Below are positions 1-8,396 of a stretch of DNA of 40,696 nt, piece by piece; within the stretch, counting starts at the first letter, position 1, and each line of letters opens with the position of its first letter. The position numbers were made by a program, and so were the translations under genes. This stretch comes from a virus (lineage: Duplodnaviria > Heunggongvirae > Uroviricota > Caudoviricetes), in IMG/VR virus record IMGVR_UViG_3300017792_000001, positions 1 to 40,696 of that record, one strand, 5' to 3'. Below the pieces are notes generated by a model, which saw only the letters and a list, made by a program, of their open reading frames with translations, did not search any database and was not told the origin of the DNA.

Positions 1-123
1 TACGCGAACGAAGGCGTGGCACAGATGCTGTTCCTGCAAGGCAACGAGCCGTGCCGCGTGTCGTATAAAGATCGTGACGGCAAGTATCAAGGCCAGTCAG
101 GCGTGACGCTGCCAAGGAGTTGA
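1..123 (+). CDS. dcd: dCTP deaminase, C-terminal end (partial, gene starts before the window)
   Basis: Frame 1 reads [40 protein letters not shown], the typical proteobacterial Dcd C-terminus (YANEGxAQ...SY.DR.GKYQGQ.GVTLP); not in the ORF track. Confidence 0.9.
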   Translation, partial: YANEGVAQMLFLQGNEPCRVSYKDRDGKYQGQSGVTLPRS

Positions 124-124
124 C

Positions 125-400
125 ATGAAAATCACACTCGAAATGGCAATCAAGTACGCCGATGCTGCTGATGACATGGCAGATCGGCTGCGTGAACGGT
201 TGCAGCGTCTTGAGAAGATCCCAGTCACAGGTCGTTCTGGTAAGGCGGGTTACAACACCGTCGCTGATGTCCTCAAGCACCTGGAAATGCGTGAGCAACA
301 GATCAACGAAATGACCGCACGCATCGCTGAACTGGAGTCGTCTGACACCGACAGCGAACAGGTCATGGAGATTGTGGACCGTCTGGGGTTGTCGATATGA
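125..400 (+). CDS. hypothetical protein, coiled-coil
   Basis: Starts 1 nt after the dcd stop; overlaps the next gene by ATGA. Confidence 0.75.
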   Translation: MKITLEMAIKYADAADDMADRLRERLQRLEKIPVTGRSGKAGYNTVADVLKHLEMREQQINEMTARIAELESSDTDSEQVMEIVDRLGLSI

Positions 401-1134
401 GCAGACCTTACATTTTGGTTGAGGCATACCCTGGCGACCTTGCATACGAAGTCACCAAACGTGTCGAAGAAGGTTACGTGCCGGTCGGTGGTCCTATCCA
501 AGGGCGCAAAGGTATCAGCGAGCATTACCTGCTGCAGGCGATGTTCAATGAACGCTATGTCGCGATCACGCGCAGTCCTGTCGGATTGAAGCTGCCCACA
601 ACCCAAGAGCTTGACGAGGCTGTGCTTGAAGCGAATGCTGCGCACCCCGGTTCCGCGACTTCTGGACCTTACGTCTTTGCGAATGCTGTAGAGGAAGAAC
701 AGTGGAAGCGTGACGCCCATGAAGTCCGCGAAGCGCTCGCCCGCGGTAAGGCAGTGTTTACCGCTCGCGACGAAGGCTCAGCCAAAGCCGTGTTGAATGC
801 GGCTTACCGAATGTTTCGGCATCGGGTAGAAGCTCTACGCCAGCTACAGCAGACTCCGTATGTCATGCACCAAGACCCAACCACCAATGCGCAGCGGTTT
901 GATATGATCGCGCAGTACACGCATTGCAGTGCTGGTATCATGGCTGAGATTGCTGCTGGTAAACGAGCACGGGATCCAAAAAGCATTTATCCTGTCCCAG
1001 CGGTTACGGTTTTGTTGCGAGACGCCCAACTTATCGACGCGCTTCTGGAGAGCACCCATGCGCAGTATCCGACAGAGCATCAAGAAGCTGTTCTCCGGTT
1101 TAAACGGGCAGTCCACGACACCCAAGAGTCGTAA
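397..1134 (+). CDS. hypothetical protein with DUF1737-like N-terminal domain
   Basis: N-terminus YILVE...L..EV.KRVEEGYVPVGGP...YLLQAM resembles DUF1737-type domains (recognition only). Confidence 0.6.
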   Translation: MSRPYILVEAYPGDLAYEVTKRVEEGYVPVGGPIQGRKGISEHYLLQAMFNERYVAITRSPVGLKLPTTQELDEAVLEANAAHPGSATSGPYVFANAVEEEQWKRDAHEVREALARGKAVFTARDEGSAKAVLNAAYRMFRHRVEALRQLQQTPYVMHQDPTTNAQRFDMIAQYTHCSAGIMAEIAAGKRARDPKSIYPVPAVTVLLRDAQLIDALLESTHAQYPTEHQEAVLRFKRAVHDTQES

Positions 1135-1198
1135 CACGAACCACGCAACAATGGTTGGTGTGCGTCTGCCAATTCCCGGATCGAGCCGAGGTATTTTC

Positions 1199-1540
1199 AT
1201 GACTTCCAAGTTGAAGTTCCACACAGCGTTCACCATCGCCGAGGCTGAGAATCTTCTGCAACAGGCCGAAGCGAAACGTGACGAACTGGACAAGCAATAC
1301 GGCAGCCTCGTCGAGGGCATCCCGTGGTTCAGCAAGCATGAACTGCAGCCGAAGCGTCCGTACAGAACTGTGGGATTCTACCTGAAGCAATTGCAGAAGG
1401 TGCATGCGGATATCCAGCAACTCGAATACGCCATCGACGAAGCAACCCGTGGCCAAGAAGCGATCACGTCTGAGAAGATGTGGGAACTCGCCGAGCGTAT
1501 GGGCTTGAAGTATCCGCAGTTAGAAGCGCAGCATGAGTAG
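1199..1540 (+). CDS. hypothetical protein
   Basis: GAGG SD at 1188-1191 before ATG 1199 (MTSKLKF...); the track start at 929 overlaps the previous gene. Confidence 0.75.
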   Translation: MTSKLKFHTAFTIAEAENLLQQAEAKRDELDKQYGSLVEGIPWFSKHELQPKRPYRTVGFYLKQLQKVHADIQQLEYAIDEATRGQEAITSEKMWELAERMGLKYPQLEAQHE

Positions 1541-1700
1541 CTTCAAGTGGTATCGAAAATTGCGTGGTGGAACATGGCAGTATTGGATGATCGAGGGTGG
1601 CAATTCGTGTTGGTTTCGATACGACTGCACGCTTTCTCGCCCACGGCCTGAATGCCGAGGAACCCCGGCGATAGAATACTACCGCGCTCTCGTTGCATAG
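1533..1700 (+). CDS. small Trp/Cys-rich hypothetical protein (55 aa)
   Basis: MSSFKWYRKLRGGTWQYWMIEGGNSCWFRYDCTLSRPRPECRGTPAIEYYRALVA*; fills the gap and overlaps the upstream stop; below the track cutoff. Confidence 0.6.
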   Translation: MSSFKWYRKLRGGTWQYWMIEGGNSCWFRYDCTLSRPRPECRGTPAIEYYRALVA

Positions 1701-1716
1701 ATCACCCATGAAGATG

Positions 1717-1726
1717 AACTGTAAAC
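1717..1726 (+). promoter_or_regulatory. AACTGTAAAC motif (putative phage-specific promoter)
   Basis: Exact 10-mer recurring six times on the + strand upstream of starts. Confidence 0.65.
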
Positions 1727-1736
1727 TGGAGTAGAT

Positions 1737-2123
1737 ATGCCCATCGCACTCAACGAAGCACGCGAAATGATTTCGGTTGCCACACGCCGCTACAGCGACC
1801 TTGTGGTTGAACGTGATCAGTTGCTACGGAAGATTTCACCTACTGCACCTGTCGGATGGAGTGGTGTATCCGACTTGCACGACGCCGTTGAGGTGATGCA
1901 GTCTATTCACGAAGCAACCGAAAGGGTCATCTTGGAGATTCAACTCGCCAAAGAGCGACAAGCCCTCAAGTGGCCCGAAGAACACCGCAGTGAAGAAGTA
2001 GCCGAGTTACTCAGCAACAACCTGCATGACCTGGCAAAGCAAATCGAAACGAAATACTCCGCAGTCGAGTTCAGTTCTCGGGCATACACCGATAAAGTGA
2101 ACGCGGCAAAGAACAAGGGCTAG
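1737..2123 (+). CDS. hypothetical protein
   Basis: GGAG SD; phage-like codon usage. Confidence 0.8.
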   Translation: MPIALNEAREMISVATRRYSDLVVERDQLLRKISPTAPVGWSGVSDLHDAVEVMQSIHEATERVILEIQLAKERQALKWPEEHRSEEVAELLSNNLHDLAKQIETKYSAVEFSSRAYTDKVNAAKNKG

Positions 2124-2155
2124 CTCGCAGCAAGCCCATAACAGAGAGAACGAAA

Positions 2156-2746
2156 ATGGCCAAGACTCAACCGAAAGCAAAAGGACGCGGCGCCCCAGTA
2201 GTTGAAAAGCCGAAGCGCGAACGTCCATCGCGTGCCAAGGCTACTGCAAGCGTCGCACTGGAACACAAGCAGGCAATGCGTGACACCAGCACTGCCGATA
2301 AGCCACAGAAGACTGCACGTCTCGACCTCAGTCAGCTTGAACTGGAAGCTGCGGATCCTGCGTCGTTCACTCCTGCGAACAGCCCGATCAATGCGTCGAT
2401 TGCTCAGAACCTGGGCGTCTACCTTCTGGAGCTGGAATACAAGCATTACGAAGACGACAGCAACCCAGTTGCCCAGCTCGTCAAGCGCAATGCTCAGGAC
2501 GCCAGCACTCACCTGGCCACCGTTTCTCTGGTAGTCACCGACGTCACCAAGTACGTGAACGACGGTCGCTCTGCTAGCGGCAGCGGCATCCTCGAAGTTC
2601 AGGACGGCATCAAGCTGACCGAAGAACTGAAATACTACGTCAACCAAGCGATCACCTGCTTCACGCAGTCGGTTGGCAGTCGTATCCATGTAACCCGCTG
2701 TGTCGTGCAACTGTACGCGCTGCCGGGAATCCCGTTTATCATCTAA
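2156..2746 (+). CDS. hypothetical protein with basic N-terminal tail
   Basis: GAGAG-AACGAAA-ATG start; strong codon bias. Confidence 0.8.
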   Translation: MAKTQPKAKGRGAPVVEKPKRERPSRAKATASVALEHKQAMRDTSTADKPQKTARLDLSQLELEAADPASFTPANSPINASIAQNLGVYLLELEYKHYEDDSNPVAQLVKRNAQDASTHLATVSLVVTDVTKYVNDGRSASGSGILEVQDGIKLTEELKYYVNQAITCFTQSVGSRIHVTRCVVQLYALPGIPFII

Positions 2747-2756
2747 GGACCTCACC

Positions 2757-3041
2757 ATGCGCATCGTAGAACATACTGGCATCGTCAAAGAAATCGTGGA
2801 CGCGATCAATGCTGCTTATGCAGATGGGCCTTTGTCCACTGTACGCACCATTGTCATCACCCAGGAAGAAATGGACGAGTTCATTCGCGTCAACCCGTTC
2901 GAAGGCGGTGTTGGTAAATACTACGGCGATGGTGACGTACCTTCTCTGATGAACGTGAAGAATCGGAACGACGGCAAGACTGTCAGCGAGTTTTACCTTC
3001 AGGGTATCCTCGTTGCTACAGCGCCGGTCGGCAAAGCATGA
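2757..3041 (+). CDS. hypothetical protein
   Basis: AAGGA SD before ATG 2757 (MRIVEHTG...). Confidence 0.8.
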   Translation: MRIVEHTGIVKEIVDAINAAYADGPLSTVRTIVITQEEMDEFIRVNPFEGGVGKYYGDGDVPSLMNVKNRNDGKTVSEFYLQGILVATAPVGKA

Positions 3042-3045
3042 CAAG

Positions 3046-3075
3046 ACGGGAGCCTTCGGGTTCCCGTTTCCGTTT
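3046..3075 (+). terminator. intrinsic terminator
   Basis: ACGGGAGCC-TTCG-GGTTCCCGT stem with C(UUCG)G loop followed by T-rich tail. Confidence 0.8.
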
Positions 3076-3086
3076 GAGGTTCCAGT

Positions 3087-4520
3087 ATGATCAATATCAT
3101 AACACGTGGCGGTATACACAGGACGAAGCATGAGTTCGGCCCGTTCAATCGGAAGTACAAGCCGAAGCGCAACAAGAAACGGGCATTGATCGTTCATCGT
3201 GGTGTCTACAGCGAACATGCCTTCTCTTGCGGCACTATGCCTGCACGGTCTCGTGGCATGAAGAACCTGTCACGTCATCCGTTTCTTGCACGTCAAGGAC
3301 TCAAGCGCGCAGCTTGGAAGTGGAGAAGCCTCGGTCGTCTGATCGGTGAACAGGTGCATGAACAGAGCCAGCGCAAAGGTTTCGTGCGCCAGTTTCTTGA
3401 AGTCAAACCTGAAGGCCAGTTGTTCTCGCCAGAAGACTTCATGAAAGCGACCGAAGGTCCTGTACCGCACTTCGAAGTGGACTTCGTGGACGAGAAGTTC
3501 TGCTTCTTGGATATCGTTGAACCAGAAACGATCCTGAAGCTGCACACTGACATCGTGAGTCGTATGCCATTCGGGTTGATACCTCAGAACGGTGACTTCC
3601 TGTCGTTCGATCCCGATGATCCAGAAGGTGAGACTGGCAGTCGCGTGCGTATGCACAACGGCAAGATCGTTGAAGTGCAGCGTCAGCCGACGAAGTGGCA
3701 TGGTCCGTACAAGATGCTTGAGAAGACCGACGAAGTGCGCAAAGGTTGGAACGTTTGGCGGGCAACACCAATGTTCAAGACGCTGCGGGAAGCACGCACT
3801 ATCTCTGGAGTCGCGAGCGAACCGTTGAAAGCCGGTGAAGCAGTGGTCATCAACAAGGACGGTACGTTCTCACCGTTTCGAGGTATGTCGATCAGTATGC
3901 ACCCGGGCGCTCTGAACGAAGACCTTGCTCAGTCTCTGCAAGTCATGTTCGAAGTGCCGGAAGCGTTGCTCAACCCAGAGCCGAGACACAAGAGCATGGG
4001 CTTTGTAGCGCCGGATGGGTTTCTTAGTGGTGATGCTACATACGACACCTCTGAATGGCAGATGCCGCCTATGATGTCTACGTCGGGTCGCACTATTACC
4101 CGCATCAACGACAACACAAACCTGATTACGGACAGCTATCGCGAAACTGTAAACGAGTCAGACACAGAAGAGGAGGTCAATATGACTGACAAGAAGCGTG
4201 ACATCCTGCATATCGTGATCGACGATTCCGATGGCTGGAATCCTACCGAAGACGAAATGCGCCAGCTCAGTGAGTTGTTCCAGGACGTTTTGGAAGACGA
4301 GAAGGGCGGCATCATCGTCACTCGCAGTGGCGTTACTGCTACCGTCCTCAGTGTGAGCGAAGGCTGTGAGGTGAAGGTCACCAAAGCCCAAGTGACGCAA
4401 GACGACATGGCAAAGCGCATCGACAGCACGGTTAGCGAGACTGAAAAGCCTGCGCCGCGCGATGACATCGAATCCACCCTGGCTGACCTGACAGCCGAAG
4501 ATAAAAAGGAAGGCAAATGA
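3087..4520 (+). CDS. hypothetical protein (477 aa), probably with a separately expressed C-terminal part
   Basis: GAGG SD; uninterrupted ORF; internal AACTGTAAAC + AGGAGG + ATG at 4145-4184. Confidence 0.75.
   Translation: MINIITRGGIHRTKHEFGPFNRKYKPKRNKKRALIVHRGVYSEHAFSCGTMPARSRGMKNLSRHPFLARQGLKRAAWKWRSLGRLIGEQVHEQSQRKGFVRQFLEVKPEGQLFSPEDFMKATEGPVPHFEVDFVDEKFCFLDIVEPETILKLHTDIVSRMPFGLIPQNGDFLSFDPDDPEGETGSRVRMHNGKIVEVQRQPTKWHGPYKMLEKTDEVRKGWNVWRATPMFKTLREARTISGVASEPLKAGEAVVINKDGTFSPFRGMSISMHPGALNEDLAQSLQVMFEVPEALLNPEPRHKSMGFVAPDGFLSGDATYDTSEWQMPPMMSTSGRTITRINDNTNLITDSYRETVNESDTEEEVNMTDKKRDILHIVIDDSDGWNPTEDEMRQLSELFQDVLEDEKGGIIVTRSGVTATVLSVSEGCEVKVTKAQVTQDDMAKRIDSTVSETEKPAPRDDIESTLADLTAEDKKEGK
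4145..4154 (+). promoter_or_regulatory. AACTGTAAAC motif inside the 3087-4520 CDS
   Basis: Exact motif 27 nt upstream of in-frame ATG 4182. Confidence 0.6.
4182..4520 (+). CDS. nested in-frame acidic protein (112 aa, MTDKKRDILHIV...)
   Basis: AGGAGG SD at 4171-4176, ATG in frame with 3087, promoter motif upstream. Confidence 0.6.
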   Translation: MTDKKRDILHIVIDDSDGWNPTEDEMRQLSELFQDVLEDEKGGIIVTRSGVTATVLSVSEGCEVKVTKAQVTQDDMAKRIDSTVSETEKPAPRDDIESTLADLTAEDKKEGK

Positions 4521-5308
4521 GCAAGCCGCAAAAGCTGGAAATGATCGCATCGGTAACGTCGCAGTTCTGCGAAGACTACGGCCTGGTGCAGGGTTTCAAC
4601 CACGTTGACTTCGATCACTTCATCGAAGAAGCAACCCCGCATATGTTCCTGCGTCAGCGCGAGTGGCAGGACAACTGCGACAACGGTGAAGACGAACAAG
4701 GCAACAAGCTGCCGCGCGGTGACAAGTATGGTCGTCAACTGCTGCCGTACGTGCCTGTTCTCCAGGAACTCGCAAGCGCCATCAAGATGCAGACCTACCG
4801 TCGTCTGAAAGGCAACGGCGAAGCGCGCATGATCGGTGATGTGTCTGCTGGCTTCGGCGGTCACGCTGACAAGGCTGACGTTCTGGCACCTGCTGTTCAC
4901 CCGCACGGTCTGGTCGTTGACAACCTGTCCAGTATTCCGGACTGGGCTGCAACCATCATGAACAACGCGCATCGCGAAGTGGGCAAGGAAGAACTGGAAT
5001 TCTGGACTCGCGAAACTGGCGGCCGTGAATTCCGTGTAAACCCGACCACGCACCCTGAATACTTCACCTGGAAGTTCGAAGGCCTGATCATCGACAACAG
5101 CAACGACGTTGGCTGGCTGCACCTCGGCATCGTCGTCTCCTGCACCGTGTCTGATCAAGTCGAAATTCGCTCCGGTGAAGTAGACAAGCTGGAACTGCTC
5201 GCGCCGATGACTCCGCGCGAACTGCTCGAAGCTGATCTGCCGCGCGAACCCTGGACCACGATCCTCGCCGAGTACCTCGCCGATGCGCCGACCAAAGCCC
5301 CTGCTTAA
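4517..5308 (+). CDS. hypothetical protein
   Basis: AGGAAGG SD, ATGA overlap, strong codon bias. Confidence 0.85.
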   Translation: MSKPQKLEMIASVTSQFCEDYGLVQGFNHVDFDHFIEEATPHMFLRQREWQDNCDNGEDEQGNKLPRGDKYGRQLLPYVPVLQELASAIKMQTYRRLKGNGEARMIGDVSAGFGGHADKADVLAPAVHPHGLVVDNLSSIPDWAATIMNNAHREVGKEELEFWTRETGGREFRVNPTTHPEYFTWKFEGLIIDNSNDVGWLHLGIVVSCTVSDQVEIRSGEVDKLELLAPMTPRELLEADLPREPWTTILAEYLADAPTKAPA

Positions 5309-5486
5309 AAGCGCGGCTCTGTTCATCTGGAATAAGCTGACATGGGTAGGTGTGATTGCTATCGCTCTATTCATGTTGGTTTATCCGATCTACGAGTCAT
5401 ACCAAGACAACCAGATGATGAAAGCCTGCATGGCTGAGCATCATGTACCGAAATGCAAGATCACTACGGTAGCTGTCCCAGCATGA
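5283..5486 (+). CDS. small membrane protein
   Basis: One hydrophobic segment (LTWVGVIAIALFMLVYPIY); start uncertain. Confidence 0.6.
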   Translation: MRRPKPLLKSAALFIWNKLTWVGVIAIALFMLVYPIYESYQDNQMMKACMAEHHVPKCKITTVAVPA

Positions 5487-5659
5487 AACGTTTCGGTATT
5501 GCCGTATTGAAGTTTGCTGCTCTCGCATTGGTCTGTTTCTGTTTCGTGAGACTGGTCATTGCAAATCCACCGCCGCTAACACCGCAACAGATGGCTCCGT
5601 CAAACGAGAAGCTGTGCAGTGAAGTGCTGCGTATGAAGTGCCGCGTCACCCCGAAATAA
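5483..5659 (+). CDS. small membrane/exported protein
   Basis: MKRFGIAVLKFAALALVCFCFVRLVIA hydrophobic N-terminus; ATGA overlap. Confidence 0.6.
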   Translation: MKRFGIAVLKFAALALVCFCFVRLVIANPPPLTPQQMAPSNEKLCSEVLRMKCRVTPK

Positions 5660-5719
5660 CTGGGCAATACAATTGGTTGTCCAGAACTCCTATCAAGTGC
5701 GTAAAGCACGGAGAACGCT

Positions 5720-6670
5720 ATGCGAATTACAACTGGTCTTGAACTCAACAAGCCAAAATTTGATGTGATGCTGAAAGGGCTCCTTCACGGGTACAAACCT
5801 GCAAAGAACGTTGCGTTCGCCACAGGCGGATACAACCTGATCCTCGTTGGTACAACACAAGACGGCGTGACTGCTACCGTCAAGAACATCCTCAAGGGTG
5901 AATGCCCTGAAAACATTCTGTGCATCGGTGCAGACTACGTGTTCGGTGATAACTGGCACGTTGACTTGCACGGATTCATCATCTACCTGCCTGAACTGCG
6001 TTTCGTTTCCGACGCAGGTATGTCGCAGATCCTGTACTCGCTGGAGAAGATCCACAAAGCGATGACAGAAGAAAGCGACGTGCAGACGTATTACGGTCCT
6101 GGCATCATGCAACACGTTTACGAACACCAGTACAAACGCTGGTTTAGTAATGAAGCTGCGTTCCATGTGTTCGACTACAACACCAAGCCCGAAGGCGACG
6201 TGTTGGTCTTCGACGCCAAGTTGTTCCATGAGTATGGCAATCTGTTCATCAAAGAATCGAATGCCCTGCATCGTCAGACGTACCCTGTGCTGTTCCCTTG
6301 GATCAAGGCAGACGCGGTATTGTTTGACATCGACCTGTCGCAGTTCTCCGACGAGGCGTTTGCGTACATGCTGATGCGCTGTCAGTCTGTGAATCCGAAC
6401 TTGCGCCGCTACGTCCATCGTGACATTGCCAAACGTCAGTTCGAGTATCACAAGTGGTTACTCGACACCAACTTCCACGGATTCCTTGACCGTGAGTTTG
6501 ATGATCGAGACAACGACCGAGACACCTTGACTTGGGTTAACCCCAAGATGCCTACTGCCGAACAAATCGCTGATAGCTGCGTTGGTGGTGGCAAGTCCGT
6601 AGTTGATGTCGGCCCGAACAGTGTCACTATCAACACCCCGGGAAGCCTTGAAGTCAAAGGCAACCAGTAA
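5720..6670 (+). CDS. hypothetical protein, paralog of 6751-7560
   Basis: GGAG SD; shares motifs with the next gene (G.Y.L...G, PE.ILC.GAD, LPE..F, NPN). Confidence 0.8.
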   Translation: MRITTGLELNKPKFDVMLKGLLHGYKPAKNVAFATGGYNLILVGTTQDGVTATVKNILKGECPENILCIGADYVFGDNWHVDLHGFIIYLPELRFVSDAGMSQILYSLEKIHKAMTEESDVQTYYGPGIMQHVYEHQYKRWFSNEAAFHVFDYNTKPEGDVLVFDAKLFHEYGNLFIKESNALHRQTYPVLFPWIKADAVLFDIDLSQFSDEAFAYMLMRCQSVNPNLRRYVHRDIAKRQFEYHKWLLDTNFHGFLDREFDDRDNDRDTLTWVNPKMPTAEQIADSCVGGGKSVVDVGPNSVTINTPGSLEVKGNQ

Positions 6671-6687
6671 AAGAGTAGTAGCTGCAA

Positions 6688-6713
6688 CAGGCGGCGCTAT
6701 TCGGTGTCGCCTG
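6688..6713 (+). other. intergenic stem-loop without U-tract
   Basis: CAGGCGGCGC-TATTCG-GTGTCGCCTG 10-bp stem with two G-U pairs. Confidence 0.5.
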
Positions 6714-6750
6714 AATCTCCTGATAAGCGCATGTGAGCGCGGAGAATGAT

Positions 6751-7560
6751 ATGAGAGTATGTCGCGTGACGACAATCTGGGACCGCCATATCCTGGACAT
6801 GATGATCAGTGGGATCATTCATAGTGCCCGTAAAGACCTGAAGAAAGGTGCCGTAGGTGTTCAAGGCAGATACGGCCTTGTGATCTTTGGCGCAAGCGAA
6901 TCCGGTTGCAAAGCGTTCGTTTCCAACATGCTACGCCATGACGTACCAGAAGGCATCCTCTGCCTAGGTGCAGACAGTGATTCCCGTATTTCCCAAAACA
7001 ACATCGTAACTGGTCTGGTGTTGGTGCTACCTGAAGTTGCGTTCCTGAATCAAGGCGCGTTCGACTTCATCGCAAATCAAATCGACTGGCTGCGTGATAG
7101 TGACGGCAACAACGAAGGCGGTCAAGCTGCCAATCGCGCGCGTGTCATTGCAGACAGTGACACAACCGAGCGTCTGTACAACACCTGGTACGCGAGCTTC
7201 CAAGAGGGGTTTCGTGGTAAGGTGTGGATTGTCGAGCAGAAAGATGCGAAGCTCGCCGACGCCATTACAACCAAGCATATAGAAGCGGTGCTTGACCGTC
7301 CAGGTTACCGTGCAAAGCGCTTCGGCAAAGTGAAGAATGAGTCCATCGTATTCGACGATTACTTCGCTCAGCTCGGCGCTATGGAAATCTGCCAGGTTGT
7401 TGAAGCCGCATTGATTGCAAACCCGAATGTCAGGGTCACAGTGACCGCGCTTGCCATGCGCAAGATGTTTGAGCACATGACCTGGACGGTGACAGTGCGC
7501 GAAGAATATCCGACACTTGAAACGGGTGAAGCACCCGAGACGTATATTATCGGCGACTGA
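6751..7560 (+). CDS. hypothetical protein, paralog of 5720-6670
   Basis: GGAG SD at 6741-6744 before ATG 6751. Confidence 0.8.
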   Translation: MRVCRVTTIWDRHILDMMISGIIHSARKDLKKGAVGVQGRYGLVIFGASESGCKAFVSNMLRHDVPEGILCLGADSDSRISQNNIVTGLVLVLPEVAFLNQGAFDFIANQIDWLRDSDGNNEGGQAANRARVIADSDTTERLYNTWYASFQEGFRGKVWIVEQKDAKLADAITTKHIEAVLDRPGYRAKRFGKVKNESIVFDDYFAQLGAMEICQVVEAALIANPNVRVTVTALAMRKMFEHMTWTVTVREEYPTLETGEAPETYIIGD

Positions 7561-7567
7561 ATAAGAG

Positions 7568-7590
7568 AAGCGGCCTTCGGGTCGCTTTTT
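7568..7590 (+). terminator. intrinsic terminator
   Basis: AAGCGGCC-TTCG-GGTCGCTT followed by TTT. Confidence 0.85.
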
Positions 7591-7603
7591 GTCGTTCTGC
7601 GCA

Positions 7604-7613
7604 AACTGTAAAC
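7604..7613 (+). promoter_or_regulatory. AACTGTAAAC motif
   Basis: Exact motif directly after a terminator, 26 nt before ATG 7640. Confidence 0.7.
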
Positions 7614-7639
7614 TGACTCTATACAGTTGAGGGCTTATC

Positions 7640-7855
7640 ATGATCCTGCATCGCCATCGCGTTTCCACCTTTCTCAATAAAGGCAAAGCTACAGACTGGT
7701 CACTCTGGTACTCGAAAACGCCGACAGTTAGTGGCCCGAACATCGAAGTCGAGAGCAAGGAGTTTGACGTCGCCCAGTTGAAGCGCATCGGTAGCTCAAG
7801 GCAGCTTGGCTCCTTGTACAAAGAGAATATCAGCCGTGAACATATTCGCTACTGA
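7640..7855 (+). CDS. hypothetical protein
   Basis: GAGG SD; follows the promoter motif. Confidence 0.7.
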   Translation: MILHRHRVSTFLNKGKATDWSLWYSKTPTVSGPNIEVESKEFDVAQLKRIGSSRQLGSLYKENISREHIRY

Positions 7856-8396
7856 TCCAGATCCTGTTGTCAGTGCGCGGCACCACTGTGATGTTCACCT
7901 CCGGAAGATGGCCGTCGAGTGCGCGCAGTTACTCAGCGCTGCCCACATCATCTGCGATGACATTCAGGTCGCGTACAAGAAGACGCACCACAACCACCCA
8001 TGTGCTGTCTGGGTCCGTGCGTCGAAAGCAAACTACGTGTGGGGCTGGCAACATCTGCAAGCCCTGCTCGCCGAGTATGAGTACCGTTTCAACAAGCGTC
8101 ACAAGACCGCAGACCACCTCGAAGCGTTGCGAAAGATACCTTCGATGCCTGATATCGGTCTTACCCAGTTCGCTGTCGCCATGCCAGAGCATTTGCGCAG
8201 TGACGATGTATGCGCCAGTTATCGGAAATACCTTCGCGTGAAGTTGCGTGAATGGCGTAGTCGAGAGCGGCAAGTCAACACAGGCTTTACCCGCCGGGAA
8301 GTACCAGAGTTCTTGCTCACGGTCAGCCCGCGCTACTTCCCTCGAATTGATCTTGGAGTTACCAATGTACAACGAAAGTCTCCATGTAACGCTTAA
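7836..8396 (+). CDS. pyrimidine dimer DNA glycosylase / endonuclease V family protein
   Basis: GTG start; MNIFATDPDPVVSARHHCDVHLRKMAVECAQLLSAAH and YKKTHHNHPCAVWVRAS..NY.W match the phage Pyr_excise family pattern. Confidence 0.8.
   Translation: MNIFATDPDPVVSARHHCDVHLRKMAVECAQLLSAAHIICDDIQVAYKKTHHNHPCAVWVRASKANYVWGWQHLQALLAEYEYRFNKRHKTADHLEALRKIPSMPDIGLTQFAVAMPEHLRSDDVCASYRKYLRVKLREWRSRERQVNTGFTRREVPEFLLTVSPRYFPRIDLGVTNVQRKSPCNA

Noticed and set aside
929-1198. Upstream extensions of track ORFs (929, 2700, 8248, 34322, 34749, 35571, 39085)
   Set aside because: They overlap upstream genes; downstream ATGs with good SD sites were chosen instead
6688-6713. Stem-loops at 6688-6713 and 25454-25478 as terminators
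   Set aside because: No U-tract on either strand; kept only as possible stability or processing hairpins
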